From the NCBI RefSeq assembly GCF_964194025.1, contig NW_027451934.1, positions 1 to 64,000 of the forward strand: a stretch of 64,000 nucleotides of DNA. The letters are read 5' to 3'. Position numbers and translations under genes: made by a program. The notes below the pieces were generated by a model. That model was not told the DNA's origin. It searched no databases and saw only the letters and a program-made list of their open reading frames with translations. Shown one piece after another: positions 59,828-64,000 of this stretch (within the stretch, counting starts at the first letter, position 1; the number at the start of each line of letters is the position of its first letter). Source of the stretch: Convolutriloba macropyga. Lineage: Eukaryota.

Positions 59828-60695
59828 ATGACAGACAATTTAATCTTATGGGAGCTACAAAAGATACATGAAGCTTTAACTAAAACTAATGAAGAACACA
59901 CACTTAACTTTAGAAAGTTAAAGTCAACAGAAAAGTTCAACTTTAGTGAACCTATACTTAATACAACAAAATTAGGTTTAATTAGATTATCAGTCTATAA
60001 CTCAGTGTTTAATGTGAATAGAAGTAATTATCAATTTTTATATGCTAGTACGGTTATAGATAGCGGAGCATGGGTGGAGCCCCATAATGATGCTTTGGCA
60101 GAACCTCTTAGTTCTAACTCAAACACTAACACTAACACTAACCCTATCAATAGTTCTAACATTACATCTGTTCTTAATTATAATTATAAAGGAATCCATT
60201 ATTATATTCAACAATTACACCGGGTGCATATGAGTTAATCGACATAGCAGAATTAATAAAAGAAGAAACTAATGGTAATTTTTTAACAGAACATGATAAG
60301 AATACATTGAAACCTAAAACGGAAATCAAACAAGGAGCACTTAGCTTTGATGTAGAAAACACAATAGCCTCATTACTAGGATTTAGGAAAGTAGTCTATA
60401 AAAAAGGTAAATATTCATCTCAGAAAATTGTTGATATTATGGGTTTTAGTACTATTAACATTCATTGTAATGTGATATCTTGTGTTAAAGATAGTGGGAA
60501 TAACACAGACATACTATATACTTTTACTCTAACAGAACCACCAGGTTATTTGATAAATATTATACCAACTAATATCTTGTATCAAAATGTAACTAAAATA
60601 GAATAGAATATATAGAGTTTCATATTAAAGATGAGCATGGAAGACCTGTAGACTTTAATGGTGATGTAGTAAGTTTTACTTTACATCTGGTGTAA
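59828..60695 (+). pseudogene. Minor capsid (penton-like) protein, frameshifted
   Basis: LSVYNSVFNV, ASLLGF, INIHCNVI, ILYTF..PPGY and IKDEHGRPVDFNG..VSFTLHL. Confidence 0.85.
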
Positions 60696-60747
60696 CCAGA
60701 CACTTCGTTGATCTGACGTAGTCTAGATATAAACTTATACTTAAACT

Positions 60748-61629
60748 AAACTACAAAACTCTCCTATCCCAATTAATTCTTAGTTTACCATTAATATTTT
60801 TATTTTTAGTTATATCAAAGACAATGTAATTATAAGGCTCTTTTCATACCTTATTAAATATAATAGCAAAATCATTATAACTAAGTTCAACATTATTAAA
60901 GAAATCTTGATATATAGATGTGAGGACTTTACCTCTTTGTTCAAACAAAATAAATAGATTACAATTCTCTCTAACACTCTGTCTATCTATTGTGAATAGA
61001 TTTTGGTTAAGATAAATCATATTGCAATTATTATGTCTACCCCTACAAAAGTACTCATTAATAACTGATTCTTTGGCTCTAACATCATCGAATATCATTA
61101 GTTTCAGTAGTTTATCAGGAGAGGGTAAATCTTTTATATGTTTAACAAACACAACATCTGCTTTATCGTTAATTCTCTCTACCCCCTCATATTGATCACC
61201 ATTAGGACCAATAATGTATAGCTTATCTAAGTAAATTCTAGCCAGAATTAGTTTTTTTAATACGAATGTCTTACCACATTCCCTAGGACCAGAAATTATA
61301 CATCTAATGTTCTCTGGGAGTGTAGCTTCTGGGAGTGTAGAATTTAGCCATGATTGTAGATCTTCAATTATATTTACAGAGATATTGTTACTAAGACATT
61401 CTTTGTTGTTAGGTATACCCTTTTGATGTTTTTCATCAAATAGATATATAAAATTATCATTAATATTATCGTTATCATTATTAGCAAAGCTACTTCGTAG
61501 ATTATTATTATTATTATTATCATTATTATTATCATTATTATTATTATCATTAATATTATCACTATTATTATCATTGTCATTATCATTATTAGCAAAGCTA
61601 CTTCGTAGATCAATATCATTATCATTATC

Positions 61630-61660
<31 letters not shown>

Positions 61661-62325
61661 GTAAAGCTACCTCGTAGATCATTATTGTTATTATTAGCAA
61701 AGCTACTTCGTAGATCATTATCATTATCATTATCTTTATCATCTGCGAAACAGGTTCCTTGATTAACATTATCATTATCAATATTAGCAAACCTACTTCT
61801 TAGATCAGTGTAACTGCTTCGCAGATAGGGCTTCGACCATGCTTTGCCATCTTTACTAAAACCAAAACAAAAACACTCATTATATATTCCAGGATATCTA
61901 CATTGATTAATTAGAATATTCAAAACATTGTTAATTCTAAATCCTCAATCAATAAGATACATCATACATAAACAATAAGCCCCATAATAAGATTCATCAT
62001 ACTGTTGTATTCTTTCGTTAGAGCCTAGATCAACACATTCTTCTAAAAATAAAGGTGGGGTCTCAACACCAAAACTATCAAAGTAATACACTGGACCACC
62101 TTCCCGTCTTATAACTAAAACCCAATGTGTACCATCAGTTGGATGTAGGTTGACAATAATGTTGACGTTAGGTTCTCTTGTGTTATCTAGAATTTGATCT
62201 CTCATTACAATTTCAATTGGTGTTAGACTTATATCTTTTCCTATATCTTTTATTCTGATATCACTCATAGCATTATTATCAATATTAAATTTATTATTGA
62301 TTTCCTCAAAAATTAGGATAAGCAT
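60748..62325 (-). pseudogene. Adenain-like protease fused through an N/D-rich linker to an A32-like ATPase; two in-frame stops
   Basis: Protease motifs GTHW, YFDSFG, IQ and YYGAYC (catalytic Cys now Tyr). The same frame continues past TGA 61945 into GPRECGKT, MIFDD, RGRH and VRENCN. Confidence 0.75.
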
Positions 62326-62687
62326 TTTTTATATAAAATTGTTAATTTTTAATTATGGGTCTGAGTCTAAGTCTAAGTCTAATTATGGTGTAGCATCGGT
62401 GAAGCCGTTTCACGGATGGTCGAAGACCCATAAGTCTAATTATAAGTCCAATTATAAGTCTAATTATAAGTTTAACTATAAGTCTAATTATAAGTTTAAT
62501 TATGGCTAAGCATGGTCGAAGACCCATAAGTTTAATTATAGATCAATATTTATCTATGTTTTCATATAATAAATTGGAGACAGGTAGCGTAGTTGTAATT
62601 TTTATTTTCTTAATTATAATTTGATATATAATATATGATTCAATACCAAGTAAATATACAAAACTAGAAGAAAACTTTGGTTGATTT

Positions 62688-64000
62688 ATGAATAAAAGTT
62701 TAGATACTTTTGAATATGAGAAGTCACCATTACATACTATTGTTTATATTGGAACTGGTACAGGCAAAACATATTTTATTAGACAATACTTAAAGTTATA
62801 CTTAGACCAAGATCAAAACCAAAACCGAAACCAAGACCAAAACCAAGACCAAAACCAAAACCAAAACCAAGACCAACACCAAAACCAAAACCAAGACCAA
62901 AACCAAGACCAAAACCAAAACCGAAACCAAAACCAAGCTAAAGATATAATCATAGTATGTAAAGATGATACAGATTGAATAGATCCTGAGACTGGTGAGT
63001 TTTACTTTGAGTTTAGTAAATGTGATATAAAAATGATAACATCAAAAAATAAGTCTAAATTAAAAGATAGTGTAATTGTTCTGGATGATATGGGTAATAA
63101 GTTAAATAAGGGTATAGCTTATTATTTCACAGAAGGAAGACATTATAATATTCAAATGATTGTAATGTGTCATGAACCAGTTCAAATAATTATTAGAGCA
63201 AGAATGAGTTGTGATACTATTTATTTAACAACTTATAATGGAGCTGATCTATTTAAAAATTCTAATGAAATATATAAATGTGAACATAACTTCAATAAAA
63301 AATTAGTGAATTAAATAGTAACTATTATAATTGTACAAACTGAATGTCAGATGAACTTCGTTATGGCATAATTAAATATAATAGGAAAGGGAATACTTTT
63401 AATATTATTGATAAGTATAGAACTATGATATGACTGGAGAGTTGGTTACGTTGACTTAAAAGCTCTTAGTTTAAAAGATAAATTAGAAATTGAAGACAAA
63501 AATAAACTTATACCATATATGAAACCCCTCATGATAAATGCTACAGATAGAAATACTATTAATCATGATAATTATCAGTTTGACTTTAATAAACTTCTTT
63601 CATCAAAAGGTATTAAAATACAGAACGATGTTTTAACAGAAGAAATGATTAGAGCAAATGGTTTTAGGTTATCATCAACTATTTTAGGCATTATAGGTAC
63701 ATGTTTTGTGATATATAATTATATGAGTCCTGATACAACAGTAAGAACTGCAGCACATGTAGCATCACATGCAAGCCATAAGTTAAATAGAGCAAGTACA
63801 TTATTGAACTATGCTTATGGGACTCCTTCCATGTTCCATAATGATGAGAATCAGGGAACCTGCTTCGCAGATCGGGATCATGGAACCTGCTTGGCAGATC
63901 GGGGTCAGGAGCATGAACAGGAAGAATATATAAATCTGAGAAGCTATTTCACAGACGAAGAGACTGGAATTTTAAATAAAGAAGGACAAAATAATTTAAA
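62688..64000 (+). pseudogene. Second A32/FtsK-like ATPase with a DQNQN repeat and a C-terminal extension; partial
   Basis: GTGTGKT, VIVLDD, EGRHYNIQMIVMCH and ARMSCD, broken by stops and frameshifts. Confidence 0.78.

Larger units (their letters stand above)
49737..64000. mobile_element. Second Polinton/Maverick, AT-rich and degraded, running off the window
   Basis: AGTAGT terminus at 49737, plus pPolB, integrase, MCP, penton, protease and ATPase relics with many stops and frameshifts. Confidence 0.9.

Noticed and set aside
61374-61790. Ile/Met-rich and Leu/Ser-rich ORFs
   Set aside because: Alternative frames of the (AAT/GAT)n low-complexity linker.

Overview
Eukaryotic, probably invertebrate, genomic window made mostly of three large mobile elements. 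(1) ~3.9-17.6 kb: a decaying CMC (CACTA/EnSpm-like) DNA transposon. It carries tandem-repeat arrays, an SGNH hydrolase, two BEN-like proteins and a SUV4-20-like SET domain one base out of frame from its transposase. (2) 19410-41392: a full-length ~22 kb Polinton/Maverick (adintovirus-like) element with 72-bp TIRs and a 6-bp TSD (5/6 match). It splits an intronless minus-strand ORF that rejoins in frame. Besides pPolB, ATPase, integrase, core protein, major and minor capsid proteins and protease, it encodes a divergent TATA-binding-protein homolog and possible PC4-like proteins. All genes are on one strand and most have a splice acceptor just before the ATG. (3) 49737 to the window end: a second, AT-rich, heavily pseudogenised Polinton of a different type. 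It has a protease-ATPase fusion, a second ATPase, and at least 18 dispersed 'AT-N19-AT' motifs that look like frame-preserving micro-insertions. A 27-bp minisatellite (684-2862) and a 537-N gap are also present. All protein assignments are by eye from motifs; no searches were run.
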